A DNA stretch of 64,000 nucleotides, taken from positions 149,668,001-149,732,000 of the forward strand of contig OX597816.1 of assembly GCA_951406725.2 (NCBI GenBank), read 5' to 3'. Origin of the DNA: Octopus vulgaris (taxonomy: Eukaryota). Below are positions 10,901-23,800 of this stretch, one piece after another. Each line of letters starts with the position of its first letter. Within the stretch, counting starts at the first letter, position 1. The translations under genes and the position numbers were made by a program. Below the pieces are notes generated by a model. It was not told the DNA's origin. It ran no database searches and worked only from the letters and a program-made list of their open reading frames with translations.

Positions 10901-13900
10901 TGAACATCACCTTACCAGTCATGGAAAGCCTGCGAAGGTCATAAATTCCTTATCCTTCACCAACTTTAAAATAAAATAATAAAAGATTACCATTGAACAG
11001 TTGTGAATCAACGATTGCAGGAAAAAAATGTACAGGGTATTCTAGAGGGCAAGTTTTAGTTTTATTATTATCTGGGATCACCAGGAAAAAGCATTTGAGT
11101 TTGTGAGGTCTAGTTTTTGTAGCAATTTTCAGGGTCATAATTGCATATTGTCCAAGACTATAGAGAGTGAGCTACAAAGATATTTCCTTGCTATAAGCAG
11201 TGATTGTGATTTTTGCAGTTAAGAGTCAAGATTGTTATGTTGATATTGGAAAATGTTTTGGTGTCTTTGTTCATGAAAGCAACAAAGATTTGATGTGAAG
11301 TTATATGTGAGTGATACTTGTGTGCTACAGAAGGCTAAACAGGAGTGAACAGTGGTATCATATGTGTAAATATAAGTTGTTATAGATGTCAATAAAGCAG
11401 GTTGTTAATATACAGAAGAACAAGCATAGGAGACATAATAAGCAAAGTTTGCTTCATACAAGATGCTTGAAGATTTCTTGGTGTTATATATAGGTTATGT
11501 TCTCCACTTGCATCACAACTACTTATTAAGTTTTGTTTGAAATATTTTTTAATGTTGCAACATATTCTGTGTACACTACCACTATCATTCCATTCATGCT
11601 ATACATCCAGCCAACAAGCAGAGATATCAGAAGTTTTATTAAATTTGTTTGCTTTATTGTTGCTCTAAGTCAGTGTATTTGAGCAGACCTATGATCATAG
11701 AAATTCCAGCCATGCCCATCTTGTATTTTTTCTGGTAAAGTGTACTCTAGAACACAATATCCAATATGCCTTTTTTAAAAGTTAATTTAAGTAGAAGATT
11801 TAGCCGCTATTTCTTGCAAGTCAAGCAACTATATAAAGATGCCCCTGTTTGACTGTTTAGGTGTTCTCTCTGGCATCTCAGAAACTTGATAAAAATGATT
11901 TTTAAATAAAATGAAAAAAATTGCTTTTGGTTTTCAATATTTTGCATTTTTTAACAAGTTATTCACCTAAAGTAAATAGCCTTGTGCTGTATTGAATAGG
12001 ATATATGCAATTTGCATACATGGGTTATATGAATAACTGAAATCAGTAACATGAGAAATAAAAGGCAATAGAAATATGTAACATAACAAGAAAATTCCTT
12101 TCAGCTATAATTTTTAGTTACTTTTGTTACAGCCCTAGAGGTCATGTAAGTAGAGGAGTAGTCGATAGACCAGAGAGCAAAAGAAGTGAAAGAAGAAAGA
12201 TATAAATTGCATAATTTTCATTTCACTGTGGTGGGGGTGGGGGTGAGACAATGCATTGGGTTAAAAGTTAGAGCATAAGCAAACAAACACAAGAATTTTA
12301 TGGCTATCCTTCAGATTCTTTATAATCATTGTTCAATGACAATATAATTGCTTCAATCTTTGTGGATATCTAGCATATGTTATCATGAAAAGAAATGTAT
12401 AATGAATAATTTCACATACATTTTCAAACAGATAAAACCTAACAGAAAAGATTGTGCATCATGTCAATAACAAAAAATATTATTTAAGTAATCTTATTGT
12501 AATAATTTTCTAAGCATGTAACTATAGCATGATTATAAAAAGTAAATTACTTAAAAAATATTATACATATGTGTACATGAATGTGCATGTGTGTGTAGAT
12601 ACCTGGGTGTGAAAACTTTAAGGTGGAATTTAATGTTACACATTGGCTATCAAATGTAAATAAATATTACAACTCAGATTTAGATCCAATGGTTTGGGAA
12701 ACTACTTGGTAAAATAACTGGATCTTCTGATTTGAGTCTTGATGTTAGAGTGACTACCTTTTATTTACTGTAAGAAACTGAGGGATTATTATCTAACACT
12801 ACTCATGCAGTAGTTACTGCTGTTGGCAACAAAACAAAGGGGCTTCTATATTGTTGCTTAACTCACTAGAAATAGCACCTAAATCTCCCTTGTATTTCTC
12901 TCTACTATCTTAACAAAAGGAAAGGTATATTGGATAGTGTATTCCCATATGCCCATAAGGAGACAAGGAGAGGATCCTGATTGAAGCACCTTTCCTCATA
13001 GGGCCAAATGATCAGTTCTGACCTGGTGCCAAGCAACAACAACAAAAGTTTTCTTTCTAAGTGCAAAAGCAGACTAATATGAAGAATGTTTAAAATATGT
13101 GCTGCTGTATAGTAGGTGGTAGTGGTGGTGGTGGTGCAGTGGCAGTGATGGGGGAGGTCGCAGCAACAATGATGAGGACAATGCTAATGATAATGATAGT
13201 TGCAAGCTAAGGAAACTTTAACTGTATTAGAATATGGTTCCCTTGATAGCTACTCCAGTGAACATCATCCTTCCATAAAAGCTATTTACAGTTGCTGACT
13301 AAGCTAACAAGAGTTAAGCATCTTCATCACAGACACAGTTCAATGTTTGTTATGAGAAAAAAACAACCTGGCCTTTCCTTGATTAATGCTTTCCTATTGC
13401 AATGGTTGTCAGGGAACTCATAAAGAAAAACAATCACCTGGTCTTAACTCAAAACAAACCAAGAAATTCAGTTTCTAATGGTCCCCAGAAACACAGGTTG
13501 TCCCTTCTTACTAATCAGCCTCCAAGTGTTGTGTGGGTCCTTCTTTCCTCATAAACACATAAGCACCCTCTTATCACATGTTACATCTACCCTCTATCTT
13601 AGACCATCACATTCCATTCTTGATATAAAGATTACTTCATACAACAGCAAACCAGCAAAAAATTAAACTGACAAAATAGACAGGGAAAAAAATAGCTGCC
13701 ATTTCTATGTACAACAATTTACAATACAAAAATGCTCAACCTAACTCTAACTCTCACACTATTTTGTAATCACTCATCCAGCCAACCAGCATGGAAACAT
13801 TACAGTAAATGAAAATAAGGGAGAATTGGAGGTGAGGTGCACACTGTTCTGTCAATGTGCAATCAAAGAATGGGTACAACAGAATTGTTGAAGTAAGCTT

Positions 13901-16900
13901 TGAAGAAGGAGAAATTTCTTAGAAGGTGGAGGTCGAGATTTTCCAGGTAGAGTTGGAGAGCCAGCAATAGGCAGTTGAATGGTTCTCAAAGTGAGAACCA
14001 GCAATTAAGAATTAAGTTGAGCTGTTTTGAATGTTCTTTTGAAAAAGATGGGATGGGAATCCAAATCAGGAAGGAGAGATGGATAAAAAAAATGCTTTGA
14101 AGAAGGAGAGGACAATAGAGTGTTGCTACTGATGGCTGTGGCTCAGTTAACAAAAATAAGATCCAACCAGTTGAGGAGTTGAATGACCATATGGTATGTC
14201 ACATATACAGTGAGGCTCCAGACATAAGTGAGAAGAACTAGTAAGAATGGAAACAGTTGAAAGGAGCTTCTTCAATTTTTTTCTTGAAAATAGCCTACTT
14301 AGAGTTTTCTGTAGTTGAGAAATTGTGGAAATATCAGCTGTTGAAATGTAGAAGCAAGATATTATGTTAGATTAGGATAGTCCAACAGTTCAGGTGGACT
14401 GAATTCTGTCTTAAAGGTCACAACAACAATCCTCAATACAATACTGAGAAAAGTGAACTGAGTAAAAGTAGTCATTAACTTCAACATAGGTATATTTTGG
14501 GAAACAAAATAATATTGACAGCAGGAGAGTAATTTGAATTCCAAGAGCCATCAAAAACATGCTTGATCAGACAACTGATCCTTTAATTAGTTGGCTGACA
14601 TCCTATATGCACAATCAAGGCTATCTCAACATGAAATAAGGCCCTTATGACTCTTTTAGACAACTCAAAATGAGGATTAAACCAACTAGTTTCATTGTTA
14701 ATTAGTAAATCATCAAGATTTGCTCATCCATCTCACCAAACTGCCAATGATAGTAAATGAAGGACACTTATTAAAATATGAACAAGTACGTATCTAAGAG
14801 TAAACTCATTTGAATGATATAATATTCATTAAATCCTGATTAATTAGCCTATTAATAAATTGTGACAGCTGTCAATTAGGTCAAATTCAAAGTAGGAGAC
14901 AATTATCACATTTTGTCAAGGTAAATCATTAATTGGATCAGTTAATTGCTCAATGACATATTCTTGTGTCAGTTGTTATGGAAATTGGTACTGTAAAAGC
15001 TGTCACTTATTAATCCAGTTTGGATACCATGTATTTTTGGGTAGAATAGTAATTCTGCTTTTGGTGTTTATTTAGTAAGCATGCATGTGAGAGCTCCCAG
15101 CATGTAGTATATAACTCATACATGGGTATATTCATGTAGGGAAGTAACTTATTTATTTTATATTTAATTTTTGATTTCATAAAATTTCAGTCCTTCCCAA
15201 TTTGTTTTTAATGAGATTTAGCATCAGTTAACAGAATTACTTTAATTGACCAAATTAAAAGCCATCAACCTAAAACCACTAAATGAGGACAATTACAGTG
15301 CAATATCTACTATCAGAAATGGGAAGTAAATAATCTAGAAGTTGAAGAAGAACTTAATAAATTGATCTTTAACTTGAAAAGAAGTATGTTTAAGTGTCAA
15401 ATGTAAATCAGAAGAATTATCTAAAGATCCAGATTAAGAGATTCCCCCCCAAAATATGTCTGGTTGTCCTGATGAAAATCCAGCCACAACATAAAATTTT
15501 AGAAAATACATAGTAAGACATAGTGTTAATAACAAGAAGGGAAAACAACAAAAATCACTCAAGCACCTTGGGCAAATATTTTCTACAATAGCCTTGGGCC
15601 AAAAAACCCTTGTGAGCATATTTGGTAGACAGAAACTGAAAGAAACCTATCATATATTCATATCATCATCATCATTGTTGTTTAACGTCCGCTTCCCATG
15701 CTGGCATGGGTTAGATGGTTTGAATGAGGGCTGGCAAGCAGGGAGGCTGCACCATGCTTGACCATGGGTGTTGGTGTGTTTATGTCTTTGCAACTTAGCA
15801 GTTTGGCAAAAGAGACTGATTGAATAAGCACCAGGCTTAACAAAAAATATATCAAAATATATTATGTAATTTTAATAAATATATCTGTTAAAATGAGATG
15901 TTGGTGTTATTTTCATTTTTGCGTAATTTAGAGGAGACTTTATTCACCGCACCCTGTAGAATTAGAATTAGAATCCTGATATTATTTCCATTTCTACTCT
16001 ATACTATTTTGAAGTTGGTTTTCTTTCTTAATTACCACACACCAAAGTGAATTTTTCGGGACATATTGTATGCAAAATTTCTGTATGTAGCATTTGATCA
16101 ATTTTATTTTTAATTTGGTTCTTTACTTTGTTCTTAAGGCAAATTGATTTGTCACAACTTCACACAGCTGTTCATTTGTTCTGTTAACTACAATTAATTT
16201 GTTCTGTTAATGGTTTTTTAGTTCACAGCTAATTATATGAATTCTATGGGAATAAATATTATAACAACTATTTCTTTTCATTCTGCTTCAATGGATCTAT
16301 TTTTCTCTAAACATTATGTTGTTTTCAAACCTCAAGCAAAACCATCACTTAGTGTTGCTAAAGCAGTAATTTCTGCAACTTTTCTCACAAAATGGTATCC
16401 TTCATCAGTGGCCATCTTAAAATTGATTACTTCGACCCCACTTTTACACACAAAAGATAACAATATTGCAATCTCTCATGTCCTGTAATACTGCTCTTTC
16501 TTTTCAAACCGGAACTGAGACAACAGGATACTCTTTGAACACTTGATAGCCACTGATGAAATACCATCTAATCCCATTGCCTTCTAAGTGGCAAAATTGT
16601 CAGTTGCTTTATCTAGTTATTCAGCAGTCAGTAGTGTATCTAGTTTCTCCACCAATGGCAGACATTCCATGGTGTCTAGCTTACTGTCTTTGTCATTGTT
16701 ATTTCATCATCATTATTTTAATGTCCACTTTTCCTTGCCCACATAGGTCAGACAGAATTTGCTGAAGAAGATATTCTACAGCTGGATGCTCTTTCAGTTG
16801 TCAGCCTTCACCTGTTTCCAAAGCATGATCAAGTTAGGAAAATCTGAGCAGACTCAACTAAATAATGTTAATGATAATCTTGATTGGGAAACTAATGGCG

Positions 16901-17335
16901 AAGTTGAGTGATCAACCGAGATCATGTTTTGTTAAAGTTGAACAGATCTAAGGAAGCAACTCTTCTCTTAAAACCTGAATAAGAAAATTTCAAAAATGGC
17001 AAAGGTAAGTGAACCCCAAACAAGAATGGCACTTCAGGAAAATTGTTGTCAAATACCTTTATTGAAACTTGTTACAAAGAGATGAAAGAGGTTATTGCTG
17101 TGTTGGTTGGAACTGTCAGAGGAGTTACAAAAGGGAAATGACACTGTATTACACAGTATTTTATACACAAAGATCAAGTATCTCCATTCATGTGATTAAA
17201 TTTTGGGATCAATCAGGCATTCTGGATACAAGAGATTTAACAGCCAAGCTGTTTGTTCAGAAAAATGTCTCTGAACTTGTTCTAGTCTATTTACATTGTG
17301 AATATGAGATGGGTTCCAAATTACAGTAGGATATT

Positions 17336-19450
17336 TTAACCCCATGACAGCAGTTTTTTTGTGTTTTTTTTATCAAGCAACTAGGTTGCATTGATGGTAA
17401 TCATCTTGACTGAGATCAGCAATTAGTGCCCAACTATTGTTCAGAGTATATTTATATCAACCGCTTTAACCAGTTTATGATGGCGATTCATTCAGTTGCC
17501 TGTGCACAGCAATGGTAATTGCACCATCTGAGGTCAGCACTCAGTGCAAGATAAAGTTTGGCGTATATTTATGTCAACCATTTTAGAGCAAATATATCTC
17601 TGTGTAGGATGCTCATAAGTTATTCCTGAATAAGATCACTTGACAACACAAGTCAGATCAACTTCATGTATTTACAATCACGTCAATTCAAAAATTGACT
17701 TTAGTGTGATAGAGGTACAGGGTACCACACACAGTGGCATATCACATTGTGAACAATGGTATCTAGTTTCCTTACATTTCCCTTTTGCTTTACATATTGT
17801 GCATCTCTTTGAAGCATTTGTCTTTTTGGTGGTGGGGAGGAAACAGTCGTGGAAAATGTCCACGTCCCTTCACCATGTGGTGAGGAAAGAGTCCAGTGTG
17901 GAGACTTCCACACATTCTGTACTTTGGCAGGTCTGATGCTTCTACCATTTCACGGAACAATAGATTTCTGAATGTGAATCCATCCTCCACACCACCAAGC
18001 ATCTGCCAAATCAAATGTGAGTTCATGATACACATGTCAACTATATACAAGAAAATTTTTTTGTACCATTTCACAAATTTTCTCACCAATTTGTGTGTTG
18101 TCGCTGAATGATTGACCCTGCCCATCCCTTCATTGTATGAAACAACTATTCAATTTCATTATGGCATTCCTGTCTGCATCTTGTTTCTTAGTGTCCTTCA
18201 TGCTTGCAGAATGCATTGTGGATAACATGCAGACGTTTTTCTTGTCACACCACACTAGAGTGAGAATGCCACTATTGGTGCATTGGTACGCTATTTCCCT
18301 CTTTCAGGCGGCATGTTTTTCCAGTGCAGCCTCACAGTCCCACAGGCATTAGTCCTCCTCACCTGCAGCTGCAGGAAGAGGTCTGGACTGGAAAACCAGT
18401 TGTCCATATAAATATTGACAGTTTTCATTCAGCAACAACACATCAGTTGACACTAGAGTAGATGCTGGAAGAAATAATCTGTCCTCACCAGTTAGATTTT
18501 GTAATTCCACATGTACCCACAGGCTCTGCCTGTTGACTGGCATACTTTATAAATTTTGATTCCAAAGCAGGTACATTTGGTTCGGTTCTATTGTTTGAAT
18601 TGGAGCCTTCCCTTGAATTTTCACAAAATCTTGTCTGTACAAACATCCTGTGTGGGGACATACACTGTTCTGAAATTTTCAGCCACTTCGTCAATAATAG
18701 GGCATATTTTTTGCTATTAACCTGGTTTCGCCTGAGTTGAAATGTAGATTTTGAAGAAGCACCAAAAATTGATTATGTGGCATTGTTTCTGGAAAGAAAG
18801 TGTTGATGTGGCTGGGTCACTCTCTTCATGATGCCCATCAGTATTAGCAGGGTGAGCAGAACTTTGATTTTATCCCCTGTGGTTAGACACCAGTCACTGC
18901 CATGCCTGGGTCTGACATGCTGGTTTTCAGCATACTCATTCATTTCGTCCACTATATATTGGAACATTTCATTTGTCAAAAGCTTGTGGAAGATTTCCAA
19001 TGGAGAACTTCCATGTCCAAGGTTTGTCCTTATGACAGGCATACCAGTAAATCCATGCCATCAGACAAAATTGTCTCTTGCTCACCACACAACATTCATT
19101 TGTCTGGGCCATTCACTGCTGCTTGCCTGTACCTTTGATTCACTGGAATATCATCATCATTATCACGCTCATCTGATTCTGAACTAAGAAAATACTCATG
19201 CTCTGAGTTATTGTCCAAACCAGAAGAAACAGTGGTGGAGCTTGGTGTAACTTGACACGGTAATGAAGTTGACAGAGCCAAAGTGACAGGACCAGCCTAT
19301 TGGGTTATAAATATTTACACAAAACATCTAATCGGCCTATCAGTTGGCAAGTGGACTGGTACTAACTCAGGTGACATATAATTACATTGACTGATTTAAA
19401 GCATGTTCATTATGTGCGTAAATTTATGTCGACTGTTTTAAAAGGTTTAA
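17336..19450 (-). mobile_element. Decayed piggyBac (PGBD4-like) DNA transposon
   Basis: Fragments: SPLEIFHKLLTNEMFQYIVDEMNEYA...LILMGI; KWYKKIFLYIVDMCIMNSHLIW; C-terminal Cys-rich RCTICKAKGKCKETRYHCSQCDMPLCVVPC. TTAA at 17336-17339 and 19447-19450. Termini only loosely complementary. Confidence 0.85.
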
Positions 19451-20595
19451 TTGAGATTTGACTGTAAATTGTCCCAAACTCACTGAGTTGATTCACCTTG
19501 CTCTGGAATGAGCTATCCAAGCTCCTTCCACCTGTCTGTTGAAGCTAGTCCATGATGAAAAGGAAAGAATGTTGCCTACCGAAAAGAAGTAAGATGAAAA
19601 GAAAGAAAAACAGGGATGAATATTTATGTAAACCAGGATCCTAAATGATTTGGGTGATACAGCCTGTGCAGAGAATTCCAAAGTGAATTTGACCAAAAAG
19701 TCGAGTTCCTCATAAATTAGATCATCAAAATACTTCTTTTTGTCCTGTTTTTCAGTAATTCCTCAAATGCTTCAAAACCTACAATAGTTGCTGCCTTGGT
19801 TGTGGCATCTACCACTTTAGCCAGAGTTATCTCATGAATCAAGATCAGATGGTGTAAGGAACCCAGAGTTTAGTGCAAGTTCAAGTTCCCTAATATACTT
19901 TTCTCAATCAATTAATTTTGGGGGTCAAGGAAGAATATTTTTCAGGTCTGTTAAAGATGGATAGGGATAAGTGCTTCAATGCACCTTCACTGAATCTGAG
20001 GATAAATAAGAGAGTAAAGCCTGATTTTGATTTTGAAAGTTGAGGCAAATTCACTTTCACAAACTCCCTTCACTTCCTTGCCTTTAGAATCTCCTGGTAA
20101 ACAACATGATTTTTATCATAAACACCATTCCCTACCCCAGCTATTTTTACTCAGTCAACTTATTAATGTTTTAATTAAGTTAAATACCTTATAGGTATTA
20201 ACATTGCTCACCATAACAGAATTGAGATCCTAAAACCAAGGTGCCACGTGAAAAGCATTGGTGTGGGTGCTGGTGTCACATAATAAGCACTGATGTTGGT
20301 GCCACTTAAAAAGCATCCAGTACACTCAGTAGAGTGGTTGGCATTAGGAAGGGCATCCAGCTATAGAAACCAAGCCAAAACAGACAAGGAAAATGGTGCA
20401 GTTCCTGTCAAGCTGTCCAACCCAGGTCAGCATGGAAAATGGATGTTAAATGATAATGATGATGTTGATTAACAGATGTGAGCAAGAGATGTCAGTACTG
20501 TTTAATTGTGAGTTATGGTATTTGTTTGCACTTAAACAAAATGTTATGGATGAATATAAAGTACACAAAACATATTACCATATGTTGCAGTATAT

Positions 20596-20784
20596 CAGTG
20601 GTTCCCAACATTTTCACTACCAAGGACCCCTTTTATTTAAGTGAGTTTTCACATGGATCCCTTTTTATATGCTTATCCTTATGTACATATACATGTATAT
20701 GAAATTTTGAATTTAGTTCATGGACCCCCAGTACTACCATTGCAGACCACTAGGGGTCTGTGGACCTCAGGCTGGGAACCACTG
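20596..20784. mobile_element. hAT (Charlie/MER5-like) MITE, 189 bp
   Basis: TIRs CAGTGGTTCCCA / TGGGAACCACTG and a perfect 8-bp target-site duplication CAGTATAT at 20588-20595 and 20785-20792. Confidence 0.9.
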
Positions 20785-21499
20785 CAGTATATCCATGTAG
20801 ACAAAATTAATGAAAATATTATGGGAATAAGATCTAGTCCTGGAATGCATGGGGAGTAATGGAATGAACACTTACAGAGCTGGTTCCTATTTTGGACTGA
20901 AGTGATTAAAAAAGTTTTTTAACCCCTCCAAATTAACCTCAATGAAGCAGACCTATGATCAAGGGTGTTTTTTTTGTATTCTGAGACAACATATTCAAGT
21001 GTCCCTTTTTCAATATGGAGGGGTAAGATTTAAGGAAGATTTGGCTGCTATTTCTACATCTAGGTTGAAGAGATTCTGGCAAAATTAGCAGACAAGAGAC
21101 CAGAAATCCCAGTGGCAGTCTGGGAGGTGATAGAGCTTGCAGTAAGTTTGTTTGTCAAAGATGATGGCTTGAAGACACTCTTTGCCTTCCTGACTTTTCA
21201 TTTACAGATATATATTGTGTTATGAGAGCATATCAACTGTGAGTGAACAATTTGTCAGTAGGGAGTATAAAGGATATGGATGGAATATTTAAGAATCAGT
21301 AATCTGCCTAGCTGAGCAGGATGAATCAAGTGTGAAAGTACATTTGCTGCTAAAGGTAGACAGCTGATTTTAATAACCAGAAATCTCGAGTCACACAAAT
21401 GTGTGTGCCAAGGTTCCTAAACTTCCCTTAAAGCAGGTGCCATACTGCCACACTCTCTACTATTTGGTCATATCAAAATTAAAGAATAACTGGGTGGGT

Positions 21500-22197
21500 G
21501 GAAGTGACATGACGTCGACAGACTCAACCTCATATCAAAATTCGATACAGAGAGGTAGTGAGACCTAAATAATTCGGCCAATCCCTCGTGAACAGGCGTG
21601 GCCACGATACTGGCTTTAATTGGTCAGTTGAATCAATGGTAACAAACGCGTAATGATATAAAAAGTAAAGAAATAAAGAAATATATTACCATTTATCTAG
21701 ACTTTATAATACATATCTTTCTTCATGAAAAGAACTTTACAATTTATTTAAATAGACTTTAGCATTTTGTTTTCTTCAGTGTATTATAATATCTTATATG
21801 AGTCTATTTCTTTCGTAGCGTGACAACTTCCGCTTGAGAACTAAAGGTTGTTAGGCTTCATTTTTTTTTTTATGTGCGCTACTATTACGCATGTTCACAC
21901 ATTAGTAGGAGGTTACGAACTATCGGTTCATAGTAAAACAAGATATTAAGTCACTGTAGATATATTCAATGTAGAGAAACACTACATGTGTTTGACCAAA
22001 TAACTATGAAACTATTATTAACGCTGATGCCACGGAAAAAGTCTGCTACTGTTAAATAATGGTTATATTGAAAACGGCGAATCGCTCTAGAAAAAAACGA
22101 TAATTGTGAGCTGATATCAAATACAACAGACGTATCAGCTAATCAGATATATAAATACATACCATTTGTTATAATAAAATTTCCATGGATCAGTACT
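21500..22197 (+). promoter_or_regulatory. CpG-rich EDEM1 promoter / 5' UTR with CRE/UPRE-like, CCAAT and CCACG motifs
   Basis: TGACGTCG at 21510-21517, CCAAT at 21578, palindrome CGTGGCCACG at 21597-21606, ATTGG at 21619, ACTTCCG (ETS-like) at ~21826. CpG enrichment begins at ~21500. Confidence 0.55.
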
Positions 22198-22457
22198 ATG
22201 TTGGGAAAACTATCAATAATTATTCTCTTGCTTTGCTTATGTATTCTGGTGAAAGGTCGCTTGTACCTCTTCCAGAAGGACTGGGGTCGCCACGATGTCA
22301 AGTACGGCCATTTCTCCGAGAAGGAGCGTCTAAACATGCTTCAAAAGGTCCGGGAGATGTTCAACTTCGGTTATGACAACTACATGAAATATGCATTTCC
22401 TAAAGACGAACTAAATCCTCACAGCTGTCATGGTCGTGGCCCTGATTATGACAACCC
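22198..22457 (+). CDS. EDEM1: EDEM1 coding exon 1 (signal peptide/anchor and start of GH47 domain)
   Basis: MLGKLSIIILLLCLCILVKG...VREMFNFGYDNYMKYAFPKDELNPHSCHGRGPDYDNP. Donor CC|GTAAGT, phase 2. Confidence 0.95.
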
Positions 22458-23169
22458 GTAAGTTTACACCGCTCTTGTTTTTTATCGTCTACATTATTTG
22501 ATGCCTTCCTCCACATTTTCAATATTTAAAGTAATCTTACTTGTGACCGAAGCAGGGTGTTTATATTTCGATTTTTATTCAATAATACATTGTTGTTGTT
22601 TATTTGTTAATTACGAAAACGTTTTGATTTAATTCAACATCCTAAGAAGCGATCCTTTTCAGCCTTTTTCAAAATTATTTGTTACGTACAAGAAGCTCTA
22701 ATTAATGTTGATCTTTAATGGTTCGACAATATGTATGTCGATACTAGAGTTGTGATTTGTAAAGTCAGAGTAAACTCGTCAGGTATATTTATATATCTCG
22801 TTTATTTAACACTAAAATTCTGTATCAACTTGGATAATAATAATAAAAGTATTCGACTTAGAGACCAATAGAAAACTAATATTACAGAAATGTCGTCCGA
22901 AATTAAATATGACTTTTTGTGTGGCTTTGAAAAAGTAATTTTTGCACCTGATAGAATTGTATATTTCCCCAATAAAGCACTTTATTAGTCAGGTGAGCCT
23001 TCTTATTTCCTGTCCTTATTACAAAGTAACCATTGGGTGGCGTGCAGATTCTGTTGCACTAAAGCCGAATTAAGAACGACGATTTATTGTTTAATATGAA
23101 TTACTCAGAAGTTTAAGATACACCAAAAAACGTGAATTATTCATTACGAATTGAAAGTGGTTTGTTTAT

Positions 23170-23800
23170 ATTATTGTTTAACTCCATGTCAGCCTTGAAG
23201 GAGCAGACCTTTGATCAAAGGTGTTCCAGTTGCGACTATGTCATTTACTTTGCAGACAGTGTATCTAAAACTGTCTAAGACAATAATGGGGGTGGCTTCA
23301 TTGGAATATGGCTGTAATTTTTAGCTGGTCAAGTGACCACATTGATAGCTCCCTTGTTAACTCGACGATGTTTAAGTTCTTTAACCCCAGATCGAGCAGC
23401 CATATAATCAAAGACAGTCCAACTTTGACCATCCCATTTTTTGTGTATCAAAGGATACACTGTCCAATGTATACTAAGATGGAGGAATGTGATTTGAGGG
23501 TGATTTGTTCGCTATTTCGAACAGGTCGACGGACCGCATTGAGACATCCCCGTTGGCTCGTTGAGTAAGCAATCGTTCGCTAACAGTGTTTAGGTTGTTG
23601 TTTAGTGCCAGGTCTGCTCTCTTTAAGTTTGTTGAAAGAGAGCAAACTTATTGTCAAAAACTCTCTATTAATGACCAACTCATCTTTTTGTATATCCGGG
23701 ATTATATTACCCAGTGTACTAACCTGAAAAATAGAAGAGGGTGTGATATTAGGGAACTTGGCTGTTATTTCTAAAAGCCAAGAGACCACATGAAAACACT
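23170..23800 (+). repeat. Three head-to-tail diverged copies of a ~200-bp interspersed repeat
   Basis: Shared motifs gagcagacct(a/t)tgatcaaag ... tgg(c/t)tgctatttct at ~23175, ~23380 and ~23590. Single copies also at ~11660, ~12850 (reverse), ~20935 and ~41085. Confidence 0.6.

Noticed and set aside
17678-19281. Possible domesticated PGBD gene
   Set aside because: The transposase is broken across many frames with stops, so it is a decayed transposon.
21578-21606. Canonical ERSE (CCAAT-N9-CCACG)
   Set aside because: The spacer is 19 nt, not 9. Kept only as a non-canonical candidate.
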